Shown here in pieces: positions 50,253 to 59,856 of a DNA stretch of 64,000 bases; position 1 is the stretch's first letter; each line of letters opens with the position of its first letter. Both the position numbers and the translations under genes were made by a program. The DNA lies in assembly GCA_964460465.1 (NCBI GenBank), contig CAYWSB010000001.1:14577-78576 (forward strand). Reading direction: 5' to 3'. The DNA comes from an uncultured Geminicoccaceae bacterium (GTDB lineage Bacteria > Pseudomonadota > Alphaproteobacteria > Geminicoccales > Geminicoccaceae). The notes beneath the pieces were generated by a model. That model was not told the origin of the DNA. It saw only the letters and a program-made list of their open reading frames with translations, and ran no database searches.

Positions 50253-51728
50253 TCAGTTCACCGCGTCGCGCAGCGGCTCGCGTTCGGCGAGGATGGCGTC
50301 GCCGAGCTGGTAGGCGAGCCAGTACTTGTTGACGTCGGTGACGTAGCGGACGGTCTCGCTGCCGAGCCGGGCCTGGGCGGCGCGCTCGACGTTGAAGAAC
50401 CAGCGGTCGGGGTCGAGGCCGAGCTCGTCCCGGGTCATCGCCCTGAGCTCGCGCAGCCGCCCGGGCCCCGCATTGTAGGCGGCGAGCATGAAATGCTGGC
50501 GGACCTGGTCGTCGAGGCCGTTCTCGGCACCCAGCACCCGGTCGCGGAGATAGGCCAGGTAGCGCACCCCGGCCTCGATATTCGCCTCGACCGGGGCCGG
50601 GTCCTCGATGCCGACATAGGCGGCGGTGGTGGGCAGGAGCTGCATGAGGCCAACCGCGCCGCGCGGGCTCCGGGCCTCGGGATCGAGCCGGCTCTCCTGG
50701 AACGCCACGGCGGCGACCAGGCGCCAGTCGAGGCCGTGCGCCGCGGCGTGGCGCTCGAACAGCTCGCGGTAGCGGACGAGGTCGTCGAGTCCGCGGGCGG
50801 CCAGCGGGTTGTCGATGAAGCGCTGGCCGTCGTAGTAGCGCTTGAAGAGGACGTTGCCGGTCAGCGTGCCGCGCCGCACGGTCTCGAGAAAGGCATCGAC
50901 CTCGGCCGCGAGTTCGGGCGCGTCGTCGCGGATCGCCCAGGCGATGGTGCCGCCTTCCGCCACGGCGAGGTCGTCCCCGATGCGGATGCCGGGCAGCACC
51001 CCGGCCCAGAGCTCGGCCACGTGCCGGTCGGCCACGGTGTACTGGATGATCCCGGCGTGGGTCATCTCCAGCAGGTCCTCCGTGACCAGCTCGGGTGCCG
51101 CCTCGACGATCTCCACGGGCTTGAGACCCTGCGCCTCGAGCCTGGTGTTGAGCGCCTCGAGGCTGCCTACGTAGGAGCTGCCGCGCAGCACCACGACGCG
51201 GCGGCCGGCGAGGTCGGTCAGGCTCTCGAGCGGCGGGGCGCGGACATGCGTCACGACCAGCTCGGCCACGTCCTCGATGTAGGGATGGCTGAAGCGCACG
51301 CTTGCGGCGCGCTCGGGCGTGACGGTGAGCCCGCCTGCCGCGATGTCGCCGATACCCTGGGCGAGCAGCGGGACCAGCTGGTTGAAGCGGGTCGGCACGT
51401 AGATCGCCTGGACCAGCGGGTCACCCCGGCGGCGCTGCTCGTTCAGGTGTTGCTCGAAGGCGCGCACCAGCTCGAACTCGAAGCCCATCGGCTGGCCGTT
51501 GCGGATGAAGAAGCGGGTGCGGTCGTAGGGGATGAGGACGGTGACGAAGCGGATGGCCTGACCCTCGCGGGCGCTCGCCATCAGGAGGGCGCGGTCGTGG
51601 TCGTAGATCACCCGGGAGAGCGGGTCGAGCACGACGGGCGGGGGGAACAGGCGGAACCAGATCATGCCGAGGCAGCCGACGACGATTAGCAGCACCGGCG
51701 GCAGGTAGAGCAGCTGGCTACGGCTCAA
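50253..51728 (-). CDS. MltF-like lytic transglycosylase (PBP3-type domain + SLT domain)
   Basis: N-terminal TM, solute-binding-like domain, C-terminal SLT block (FQESRLDPEARSPRGAVGLMQLLPTTA, AYNAGPG); TTG start with GGAGGA 8 nt upstream. Confidence 0.8.
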   Translation of the reverse strand: MSRSQLLYLPPVLLIVVGCLGMIWFRLFPPPVVLDPLSRVIYDHDRALLMASAREGQAIRFVTVLIPYDRTRFFIRNGQPMGFEFELVRAFEQHLNEQRRRGDPLVQAIYVPTRFNQLVPLLAQGIGDIAAGGLTVTPERAASVRFSHPYIEDVAELVVTHVRAPPLESLTDLAGRRVVVLRGSSYVGSLEALNTRLEAQGLKPVEIVEAAPELVTEDLLEMTHAGIIQYTVADRHVAELWAGVLPGIRIGDDLAVAEGGTIAWAIRDDAPELAAEVDAFLETVRRGTLTGNVLFKRYYDGQRFIDNPLAARGLDDLVRYRELFERHAAAHGLDWRLVAAVAFQESRLDPEARSPRGAVGLMQLLPTTAAYVGIEDPAPVEANIEAGVRYLAYLRDRVLGAENGLDDQVRQHFMLAAYNAGPGRLRELRAMTRDELGLDPDRWFFNVERAAQARLGSETVRYVTDVNKYWLAYQLGDAILAEREPLRDAVN

Positions 51729-52006
51729 GCACTCGTCCTCCGATGCCGGGCAGGCCGGTGCACCACGCGACCGTGCGGGTCCGCAACGGCGGGTCGCACG
51801 GTAGGCGGACACCAAGACCTACTCGGATAGGTCCGGTCGCCGATCACGCTTTCTAGCACCGGCCGCGGAATGCTTGAAAGGTTTCCGGACACGCGCGCCG
51901 GGGTCGCCGCCGTCATTTACGACCGCATGGTGGCCGCCGCGCTGACGGAGGACGACGAATGCGTTGCTCATCGGGAGCGTCGAAAACGGGGCGCGGCGTG
52001 GCGACG

Positions 52007-52369
52007 ATGGTGATGCTCGCAGCTTGGCTCGGCGCGACTTCGGCGACCGCTCCGGCAGCTGCCCAGCAGCCGGCCGCCGGAGTGCAGCCGGAACCGCTGC
52101 CGGCAACGACCGCGCAGGCTGCAGAGCAGCCGTTGCCGCGCCCGGCACCGCCCGAAGTCCTGCGCGGCAGCGTCGCCGCAGCACCGGTGGTCGAGCCGGC
52201 GGCGGGGCCGGACGGGTCGCAGCTGGTCGGCGGCGAGCGCGTCTGGTTCGTCGATCGGGACAACCGCCGGCTGACCGGCTGTCGCCTGGTCAACACGGTC
52301 CAGGTCGGCGGTCAGGCGATCTGGTGCACCGAGCGCCGGCTGCCGCGGGGTGCCGTCGCCCGCGACTGA
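52007..52369 (+). CDS. secreted hypothetical protein (Pro/Ala-rich, two Cys near the C-terminus)
   Basis: Signal peptide MVMLAAWLGATSATAPAAAQ, G/C-rich third positions; no family recognised. Confidence 0.45.
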   Translation: MVMLAAWLGATSATAPAAAQQPAAGVQPEPLPATTAQAAEQPLPRPAPPEVLRGSVAAAPVVEPAAGPDGSQLVGGERVWFVDRDNRRLTGCRLVNTVQVGGQAIWCTERRLPRGAVARD

Positions 52370-52403
52370 ACCGTCCCCGCCACCGCTGCCGGCACAGGGG
52401 CCC

Positions 52404-52946
52404 CTAGTTCAAACGGTAGAAGTGATGGTTGCCGAGGGTCACCGTGCGGGTCGCCCCACGGCGGAGCCAGCCCGGCGTGCGCCGGAAGGTCTCGTGGAAG
52501 ACGACCGCTCCGCCGGTCGGGTCGGCTGGCCTAGCCTCGCTCAGCATCAGGTCGGCCACCTCCTGCGCCATCTGCCACTTGTCCATCTCGCTGGGCGTGT
52601 CGGACCTGCCGTCGCAGGTCCAGCCCCATTGGCAGCCCCGCCGCGTCGGCTCGTTGATGACCGCAGTGACGCTGTCGGGGAAGGCATCGGACTGGATCCT
52701 GTTGAGGACCACCCAGGCCACGGCGATCATGCCATCGCGACCCTCCGAGCGGGCCTCGTGATAGAGGTTCAGGGCGAAGAGCTCGCGCTCGGCGGCACCA
52801 GTCGCGGGGGCCGCCGTCGCGGTCGGGGCCACGGCAGCCGGTGCCGGCGGCGCCGTCGCTTCCTGCGCGTGGCCGGCCAGGGCCAAGCCGAGGACGAGGC
52901 CGGCGACTAGGGCCGACCCTCCGGACTTGCATGAGACGGGGCGCAT
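52404..52946 (-). CDS. SleB-type cell wall hydrolase
   Basis: LNLYHEARSEGRDGMIAVAWVVLNRI...FPDSV...Q... typical of Hydrolase_2/SleB; signal peptide. Confidence 0.8.
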   Translation of the reverse strand: MRPVSCKSGGSALVAGLVLGLALAGHAQEATAPPAPAAVAPTATAAPATGAAERELFALNLYHEARSEGRDGMIAVAWVVLNRIQSDAFPDSVTAVINEPTRRGCQWGWTCDGRSDTPSEMDKWQMAQEVADLMLSEARPADPTGGAVVFHETFRRTPGWLRRGATRTVTLGNHHFYRLN

Positions 52947-53178
52947 CCTCTTTCCTTCTATTGGTGATTGAGCCGAGTGCCAGACCCCACATCAGAGGCG
53001 GGTCGGCCAGCCGGTCGGACCACTCGCCGGGTATGCGCAGCTATCGAATCGCGGCAACGCCCGTCAACTGCGCCGACGACACGGTAGCCGTCACCGCCGC
53101 GCCACAGCCGCGGCGAAAACGTCGCAGGTTCTTTGCTGCACTGCACAAATTTCCATCTATGTGGGTGGTCAGCGCTCG

Positions 53179-53194
53179 CCGATAGCGCTATCGG
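53179..53194. promoter_or_regulatory. perfect 16-bp palindrome in the sleB-like / acyl-ACP synthetase divergent spacer
   Basis: CCGATAGCGCTATCGG read directly; sits in the lowest-GC part of a 620-bp non-coding spacer. Confidence 0.3.
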
Positions 53195-53566
53195 TTCGCC
53201 GATCTGCCGCTGAGCTTCACCGGAATCCTCAGTAGGTGTCTGTAACAAACTGCAACGCAACGTGATTCGTTCTTGTTGGTTGGGTGAAATAGGTAGAGGT
53301 CGGTCGAACCGCGTTAACCAACTTTGCGGCGCCAGAACCGTCCCGGCCACGGCGTGTTCGACAGGTTGGATCGTGGTTCAAGATTCGCGGCTCGCGCTGC
53401 CCCGCCACTCGCCGGCGGGCGGCATTCGGGACCGCACGTGGCTTCGGGGCGAAAGCGGCGTACCGCGCGGGTCCGAAGAGGGTGGCGTGGGCAGCGACGG
53501 GTGCTGCAACCGCCCCCGGGTTGGACGGGTTGGAAACGTCGAAACGGTGTCGAACGGAGTGCCTCT

Positions 53567-55366
53567 ATGATCGAAGTCACGCCCACCGCCAATGCGCGAC
53601 TGCCCCTGCGGGCCGGTGACTTCGCGACCCTGGCCGAGGGGCTCGACTACGCCGCGCGGGGTGAGACGGGGGTGAACTTCTTCTCCAGTCGCGGCTCGCT
53701 CGAGGCGGCGGTTCCCTACCGGATCCTGCGCGAGACCGCCCGGTCGATCGCCCGTCGCCTCGCCGCCACCTCGCTGGAGCGTGGCGACAGGATCGGCATC
53801 ATCGCCGAGACCTCGCCCGATTTCCTCGCCGTTTTCTTCGCCTGCCAGTATGCCGGCTTCGTCCCGGTACCGCTGCCGCTCAGCATCAATTTCGGCGGCA
53901 AGGACGCCTATGTCGAGCGGCTGCGCGGCATGCTGGCGGCCGCCGGTGCGAGGGCCGCGGTTGCCGGGCCTGAGTTGATCGCGATCCTGCGCGAGGCCAC
54001 CGCCACGACTGCTGTCGATTTCACGGCCACCGCCGACGAGATCCGCGACTGGCCGGCCACCGATCGGCCGCTACAACCGCTGGGCGCGGACGACGTCTGC
54101 TACATCCAGTACAGCTCGGGCAGCACCAGCTTCCCGCGCGGTGTGCTCGTCACCCAGGCCGCACTGGCCGCCAATGCCCGGGCGATCGCGACCGACGGCC
54201 TGGACCTGCGCGCTGGCGACCGCTGCACGTCCTGGCTGCCGCTCTACCACGACATGGGCCTCGTCGGCTGCTGCCTGACGCCGGTCATGACGCAGATCTC
54301 GGTCGACTACCTGAGCACGACGGCATTCGCCCGGCGGCCGCTGGTCTGGCTCGAGCTGATCTCGCGCATGGGCGGAACCATCTCGTTCGGCCCGACCTTC
54401 GGTTTCGAGCTCTGCGCCCGGCGGGCCGCCAACGGCACCGCGCGCGATCTCGACCTCAGCCGCTGGCGGGTCGCCGGCATCGGCGGCGAGATGATCCGGC
54501 CGCAGGCCCTGGCCGCGTTCGCCGACACGTTCGAGCCGATGGGCTTCGACGCCCGCGCCTTCGTGCCGAGCTACGGCATGGCCGAGGCGACGCTCGCCGT
54601 CACCTTCAACCGACTCGGCCGCGGCGTGCGCGTCGACCGGGTGGCGCGTGGCGACACCTTCGAGCGCGATCATCTGGCCCTGCCGGCGGGCGAGAGCGTC
54701 GGCCCCTCCGGCAGCCGCAGCTTCGTTGTCTGCGGCGCCCCGATGCCGGGCTACGCTATCGAGATCCGTGACGAGGCGGGCACCATCCTGCCCGAGCGTC
54801 ATGTGGGGCGCATCTGCATCAAGGGCCCGAGCCTGATGCAGGGCTACTTCCAGAATGCCGAGGCGACGGCCGCGGTGCTCAAGGGCGACGGCTGGCTCGA
54901 CACCGGCGACATGGGCTACCTGCTCGGTGGCGAGCTGGTCGTCAGCGGCCGGACCAAGGACCTCATCATCGTCGGCGGCCGAAACATATGGCCGCAGGAC
55001 ATCGAGTGGGCGGTCGAGAAGCTGGATGGCGTGCGTGCCGGCGACGTGGCCGCCTTCTCGGTCGGCGACGACCACGACCGCGAGCGGCTGGTGGTGGTGG
55101 TCGAGTGCCGGCTGCAGCAGCCGGCCGAGCAGGCGCAGCTGCGCCGTCTCGTGGCCACGGTCGTCAATCGGCTGGCCGGCGTTGAGTGCGAAGTGGTTCT
55201 GGCGGCGCCGCGGTCGCTGACCTTCACGACCTCGGGCAAGCTGAGTCGGGCGACCGTCCGGGACCACTTCCAGCGGGGTGTCCTGCGCGACCTCGCGGCC
55301 ACGGCCGACGAGCGGCAGGCACCCGCCGTGCTGCGTCCGACCCCGCTCCTCGCCGAGGCGAGCTGA
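53567..55366 (+). CDS. fatty acyl-AMP ligase / acyl-ACP synthetase of the bacterial ceramide cluster
   Basis: YIQYSSGSTSFPRGV AMP motif, FAAL-like architecture, GGAG RBS; synteny with reductase-ACP-Spt. Confidence 0.8.
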   Translation: MIEVTPTANARLPLRAGDFATLAEGLDYAARGETGVNFFSSRGSLEAAVPYRILRETARSIARRLAATSLERGDRIGIIAETSPDFLAVFFACQYAGFVPVPLPLSINFGGKDAYVERLRGMLAAAGARAAVAGPELIAILREATATTAVDFTATADEIRDWPATDRPLQPLGADDVCYIQYSSGSTSFPRGVLVTQAALAANARAIATDGLDLRAGDRCTSWLPLYHDMGLVGCCLTPVMTQISVDYLSTTAFARRPLVWLELISRMGGTISFGPTFGFELCARRAANGTARDLDLSRWRVAGIGGEMIRPQALAAFADTFEPMGFDARAFVPSYGMAEATLAVTFNRLGRGVRVDRVARGDTFERDHLALPAGESVGPSGSRSFVVCGAPMPGYAIEIRDEAGTILPERHVGRICIKGPSLMQGYFQNAEATAAVLKGDGWLDTGDMGYLLGGELVVSGRTKDLIIVGGRNIWPQDIEWAVEKLDGVRAGDVAAFSVGDDHDRERLVVVVECRLQQPAEQAQLRRLVATVVNRLAGVECEVVLAAPRSLTFTTSGKLSRATVRDHFQRGVLRDLAATADERQAPAVLRPTPLLAEAS

Positions 55367-55448
55367 GCGCCGGCGCCGCCTGCTGCAGGCGACACCGGCC
55401 GGGAAGGCCAACGCAGCGGCGGTCGTGCCGTGCGGTGCAACGGAGAGG

Positions 55449-56366
55449 GTGGTGGCAGGGATCGTCGCCGTCACCGGTGTCACGGGCTTCGTCGGCCGGA
55501 CCGTGGTCGCCGAGCTGGCGGCAGCCGGCTGGCCCTTGCGCGTGCTCTCGCGGCGCGGCACGATCGACCGAACGACGACCGTCCCGGGCGATCTGGACGA
55601 CCCGCGCGCCCTGTCGGCGCTCGTCCGCGATGCCGCCCACGTCGTGCACTTGGCCGGGCTGGTCAAATCCGCGCGCCGGGAAGACTTCACCCGGGTCAAT
55701 CTGGCCGGCACGGAGCGGCTGGTGCGGGCCATGGCGGGGGGGCCGGGGCGGCTGTTGCTGGTCTCCTCGCTGGCGGCACGTCAGCCCCAGCTCTCTGCCT
55801 ATGCCGCGAGCAAGCGCGCTGCCGAGGATATCGCCCACGCCATCCTCGGCCCTGAGCGCGTCACCATCCTGCGCCCGCCTGCCGTCTATGGGCCCGGCGA
55901 TCGGGCGACCCTGCCGATCTTCCGCCAGCTGGCAGGCGGCTTCCTCGTGGCCCCGGGGCCACGCGGCGCGCGATTCTCGCTGATCCACGTGGCCGATCTC
56001 GCGGCGCTGGTTGCCCGCCACCTGGACGGCAGCATGACCCTGCCGGCCCTTCTCGAGCCCGATGACGGACGGCCGTGCGGCTATGGCTGGGGGGACCTCG
56101 CGGCCGTGGCCTCTCGGACCACGGGGCGACGGGTGCGCCTGGCGCGGGTGCCGGTGCGGCTGCTCGAGATGCCGGCGCGGGCGGCCGATGCGCTGGCCCG
56201 GCGGTTCGGCCTCGACCTGCCACTCACTCGCGACAAGCTCGGCGAACTCGGGCACGGCCAGTGGGTCGCAGGGGGGCCGGCATTGCCGGATGCCGGTCCA
56301 CGCATCACCTTCGATGAAGGGTTCGGGCCGACCCTCGACTGGTATCGCGAGGCCGGTTGGCTCTAG
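55449..56366 (+). CDS. NAD-dependent epimerase/dehydratase-family reductase (CerR-like)
   Basis: VTGVTGFVGRTV Rossmann motif, YAASKRAAE (YxxxK). Start uncertain: GTG 55449 or 55452, with GTG 55425 as an alternative. Confidence 0.7.
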   Translation: MVAGIVAVTGVTGFVGRTVVAELAAAGWPLRVLSRRGTIDRTTTVPGDLDDPRALSALVRDAAHVVHLAGLVKSARREDFTRVNLAGTERLVRAMAGGPGRLLLVSSLAARQPQLSAYAASKRAAEDIAHAILGPERVTILRPPAVYGPGDRATLPIFRQLAGGFLVAPGPRGARFSLIHVADLAALVARHLDGSMTLPALLEPDDGRPCGYGWGDLAAVASRTTGRRVRLARVPVRLLEMPARAADALARRFGLDLPLTRDKLGELGHGQWVAGGPALPDAGPRITFDEGFGPTLDWYREAGWL

Positions 56367-56439
56367 TATGGCGCCGGCCCCGGCCAAGCGTCGCCGGGAC
56401 GATGCTGGTCGATGGTTGGCGGGTGTGGGAGAACGCGGC

Positions 56440-56682
56440 GTGGTCGAAAAGATCGAGATGGAGATCATGGCGCTGATGCAGCGCTACAATCCCGAGGGCA
56501 AACCGATCGACCGGTCGACCGAGATCAGCGCCGATCTCAACATCGATTCGGTGGCGGCCATGGACCTGATCATGGAGATCGAGGACAAGTTCGACATCGA
56601 CATCCCCATGAACCAGGTGGGCGAGCTCAAGACCATCGGCGACCTGATCGACCTCGCGGCCGGGCAGGTGGCCAAGACCTGA
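56440..56682 (+). CDS. dedicated acyl carrier protein
   Basis: DLNIDSVAAMDLIMEIEDKFDI (DSx phosphopantetheine site), 80 aa, GTG start with GGGAGAA upstream. Confidence 0.85.
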   Translation: MVEKIEMEIMALMQRYNPEGKPIDRSTEISADLNIDSVAAMDLIMEIEDKFDIDIPMNQVGELKTIGDLIDLAAGQVAKT

Positions 56683-56733
56683 GCCCGGGCAGAGCGATCG
56701 GACGGCGGGATTTCACCAGGAAGGCAGGGTGCC

Positions 56734-57936
56734 ATGGACATCTTCGACAAGTACGCCGGCATCGAGGAGCGGCACCGGGCCCTGCTCGGCGTCGGTGGCG
56801 ATCCGTTCGGCGTCAAGGTCGACCGCATCCTCTCGGCGACCGAGGCGCTGATCGACGGTCGCCACACCATCCTGGTCGGCACCAACAACTATCTTGGCCT
56901 GACCTTCGAGCCGCACTGCGTCGCCGCCGCCAAGGCGGCGCTGGAGACCGACGGCACCGGCACCACGGGCTCGCGCATCGCCAACGGCACCTACGATCGC
57001 CATACCCGGCTCGAGGCCGCCTTCGCCCGCTTCTTCGACCGCCGCAAGGCCATTGTCTTCACCACCGGCTACCAGGCCAATCTCGCCACCATCTGCGCCC
57101 TTGCCGGGCCCGAGGACATCATCCTCTGCGATTCCGACAACCACGCCAGCATCTGGGACGGCACGAAGCTGAGCCCGGCCGAGACGCATACCTTTCGGCA
57201 CAACGACCCGGACAACCTCGACCGCAAGCTCACCCGGCTCGCCGGCAAGGGCCAGTGCAAGCTCATCGTCGTCGAGGGGCTCTACTCGATGCTCGGCGAC
57301 ACCGCCCCCTTGCAGGAGTTCGTCGAGGTCAAGAAGAAGCACGGCGCTTGGCTGCTGGTCGACGAGGCGCACTCCTTCGGCGTCTACGGCGCGCACGGCC
57401 GGGGCGTGGCCGAAGCCCAGGGTGTGGAGGCGGACGTCGACTTCGTCGTCGGCACCTTCTCCAAGAGCCTCGGCGCCTCGGGCGGCTTCGCGGTGTCCAA
57501 CCACCCCAAGTTCGACCTGCTCAGACTGGCATCGCGGCCCTACATGTTCAGCGCGTCGCCGAGCCCGGCCACCATGGCGTCGGTCGCCGAGGCGCTGCAC
57601 CAGATCGAGACCCGCCCGGAGCTCAGGAAACGCATCTGGGCCAATGCCGAGCAGCTCCACTCGGGCCTGGCGGACCTGGGCTTCACCATCGCCTCGCCCC
57701 TGAGCCCGATCGTCGCCATCCGCATGCCGGACGAGGCGACCGCCGTCATGGCCTGGAACCGGCTGATCGAGAGCGGTGTCTACGTCAACCTGGCTCTGCC
57801 GGGCGGCACCCCGAACGGCGCATGCCTGCTCCGCTGCAGCGTGTCGGCCGCGCACGAGCCGGCGCAGATCGCGACGGTCCTCGGCCGCTTCGCCGCCCTC
57901 GCGAGCGAGCTCGACAGCGCCCGCAAGGCCGCTTGA
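56734..57936 (+). CDS. spt: serine palmitoyltransferase (alpha-oxoamine synthase family)
   Basis: GTNNYLGL, GTTGSRIANG, DEAHSFG, GTFSKSLG (PLP Lys); context with ACP, acyl-ACP synthetase and reductase. Confidence 0.8.
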   Translation: MDIFDKYAGIEERHRALLGVGGDPFGVKVDRILSATEALIDGRHTILVGTNNYLGLTFEPHCVAAAKAALETDGTGTTGSRIANGTYDRHTRLEAAFARFFDRRKAIVFTTGYQANLATICALAGPEDIILCDSDNHASIWDGTKLSPAETHTFRHNDPDNLDRKLTRLAGKGQCKLIVVEGLYSMLGDTAPLQEFVEVKKKHGAWLLVDEAHSFGVYGAHGRGVAEAQGVEADVDFVVGTFSKSLGASGGFAVSNHPKFDLLRLASRPYMFSASPSPATMASVAEALHQIETRPELRKRIWANAEQLHSGLADLGFTIASPLSPIVAIRMPDEATAVMAWNRLIESGVYVNLALPGGTPNGACLLRCSVSAAHEPAQIATVLGRFAALASELDSARKAA

Positions 57937-58134
57937 GAAAACACCCTTCGTTGACGCTTCATGATCGTCCTGTCAGCCGCAGGATCGGTGGCCTAGCCGT
58001 GCTCGTGGAATCGGCTCGATGCACCCTGGCAGCGTAGACGAAGGGGATCGGCGCCTGATGCGCCCCCCCTGTGCCATGCCCGGCTGTCGCCCCGGCAGCC
58101 GCCGTGAGTGTGTCATCCTGCTGGTGCGACGCTG

Positions 58135-58845
58135 ATGCGGGCGCTGCTGACCGCCCGGAGTCTCGATGCCGTGGCGGACGGCGCCTGGCTCCTGCGCGAC
58201 GTGTCGCTCGAGGTCGGCGAGGGGCGGCTGGTGGCGCTGGTGGGCGGGGCGCAGGCCGGCAAGTCGGTGCTGTGCGAGCTGCTGCTCGGGCTGCGCCCGC
58301 TGCGGGCCGGCATCTTGCAGCTCGGCGGACGGGATTTGGCGCCGCTCGGCCCGCTGGAGCGGCAGCGGCTGGGCCTGCGCTGCGCCTTCCAGGTCCCGCC
58401 ACTTTTCGCTGGCCTCACCGTGGCCGAGCAGCTGGCCCTCGCCACGCCCTCGGTCCGGCTGGAGAGCGGTGCCTTCGACCGCATCGCCGACTATCTGCCG
58501 GAACTCGCGGACCATCTCGCCCGACCGCTGGAGAGCCTCGACCTGGAGCTGCGCCGGCTGGTCGATCTGGGGCGGGCCCTGCTCGGCCTACCGCGCCTGC
58601 TCCTGGTTGACGGCCTGCTGCCGGCAGTGGGCATCGACCGAGCGGGCGAGCTGCTGGAGCATCTGCGCCGGGACGGCTACACGCTGCTGGTGACCGACCG
58701 CTATGCCGAGCCGCTGCTGCACCTCGCCGATGACGGGTACGTGATGGCCAATGGCCGGATCGTCGCCCGCGGCAGGCCGGACGCACTCCTGGCGGACGAC
58801 CGCCTGCTTGCGTCCTGCGCCGGCGATCCAGAGGCTTACGCCTGA
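58135..58845 (+). CDS. degenerate LivF-like ABC ATPase-fold protein (orphan)
   Basis: Walker A GGAQAGKS is intact. The signature position reads LDLELRR instead of LSGGE/Q, and Walker B reads LLLVDG (catalytic Glu replaced by Gly). Confidence 0.65.
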   Translation: MRALLTARSLDAVADGAWLLRDVSLEVGEGRLVALVGGAQAGKSVLCELLLGLRPLRAGILQLGGRDLAPLGPLERQRLGLRCAFQVPPLFAGLTVAEQLALATPSVRLESGAFDRIADYLPELADHLARPLESLDLELRRLVDLGRALLGLPRLLLVDGLLPAVGIDRAGELLEHLRRDGYTLLVTDRYAEPLLHLADDGYVMANGRIVARGRPDALLADDRLLASCAGDPEAYA

Positions 58846-58898
58846 AGCAACGAACGATCGGGCCCGTGGCCAGCAACGAACCCGACGCCACGATGTCT

Positions 58899-58926
58899 CA
58901 ACGCAAACGGCCCGCCGAAGCGGGCC
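58899..58926 (-). terminator. intrinsic terminator candidate downstream of the yccA-like gene
   Basis: GGCCCGC (58909-58915), CGAA loop, GCGGGCC (58920-58926); on the minus strand it is followed by GUUUGCGUUG. Confidence 0.5.
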
Positions 58927-58956
58927 GTCGCGTCGTCGAAGCCGATGACCGCTACG

Positions 58957-59670
58957 TCACTCGCGATTGCCGAACAGCTGCAGCAGCATGATGAAAAGGT
59001 TGATGAAGTTGAGGTAGAGGCTCAGCGCGCCGAGCACCGCACCCTTGGTCTGCACCTCGGCGCTGTCGAGAGCGTAGTATTCCTCCTTGATCCGCTGCGT
59101 GTCCCAGGCGGTCAGGCCCGTGAAGACCAGCACGCCGATCACGCTGATCGCGAAGTGCAGGGCCGAGCTCGCGACGAAGATGTTGACGATCATCGCGATG
59201 ATGATGCCGATCAGGCCCATGAACAGGAACGCGCCGAACTTCGAAAGGTCGCGCTGCGTCGTGTAGCCGTAGAGGCTCATGGCGCCGAACGTGCCGGCGG
59301 TGATGAAGAACACCCGGGCGATGCTGGTCCCGGTGAACGCCAGGAAGATGCTCGACAGCGACAGCCCCATGGCGATCGCGAAGGCCCAGAACGTGAGCTG
59401 CACCGCACTCGCGCTCATCGTCCGCGCCTTGGCCCCCAGAACGAAGATGAACGCAAAGGGGGTCAGCATGAGCACCCAGGTCAACGGCGTGCCCTGGATG
59501 TACTGGTAGTAGACGGGCGCGAACACAAACGCCGTGAGGCCGGTCAGAGCCAGGGCCAGCCCCATGTAGTTGTAGACCGACAGCATGTGGCTGCGCAGGC
59601 CGGCATCGATCTGCTCGACGCCGACACCGGCGCCGGCACGCGCCAGTCGCTGATCCATCCGTGGTTCCAT
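58957..59670 (-). CDS. BAX inhibitor-1 / YccA-family membrane protein
   Basis: DAGLRSHMLSVYNYMGLALALTGL..., 7 TM, GAGGTG RBS 6 nt before ATG 59670. Confidence 0.85.
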   Translation of the reverse strand: MEPRMDQRLARAGAGVGVEQIDAGLRSHMLSVYNYMGLALALTGLTAFVFAPVYYQYIQGTPLTWVLMLTPFAFIFVLGAKARTMSASAVQLTFWAFAIAMGLSLSSIFLAFTGTSIARVFFITAGTFGAMSLYGYTTQRDLSKFGAFLFMGLIGIIIAMIVNIFVASSALHFAISVIGVLVFTGLTAWDTQRIKEEYYALDSAEVQTKGAVLGALSLYLNFINLFIMLLQLFGNRE

Positions 59671-59856
59671 CCTCAGCACCTCTTTTTGTACAAGCCATCG
59701 GGCGGCAAATTCTGCGCTTCGATATATGGCGGAAGAGCATGTCTGATCAAGCGGATGCCGTACGCTTTGCAGCGCCGACCGGCAGCGCCTCGGGTTTATG
59801 ACTGAGATTTCATCGATCGGATACCAGCTCCTCTCGGCCGATGCTTGTGCTGGAAG

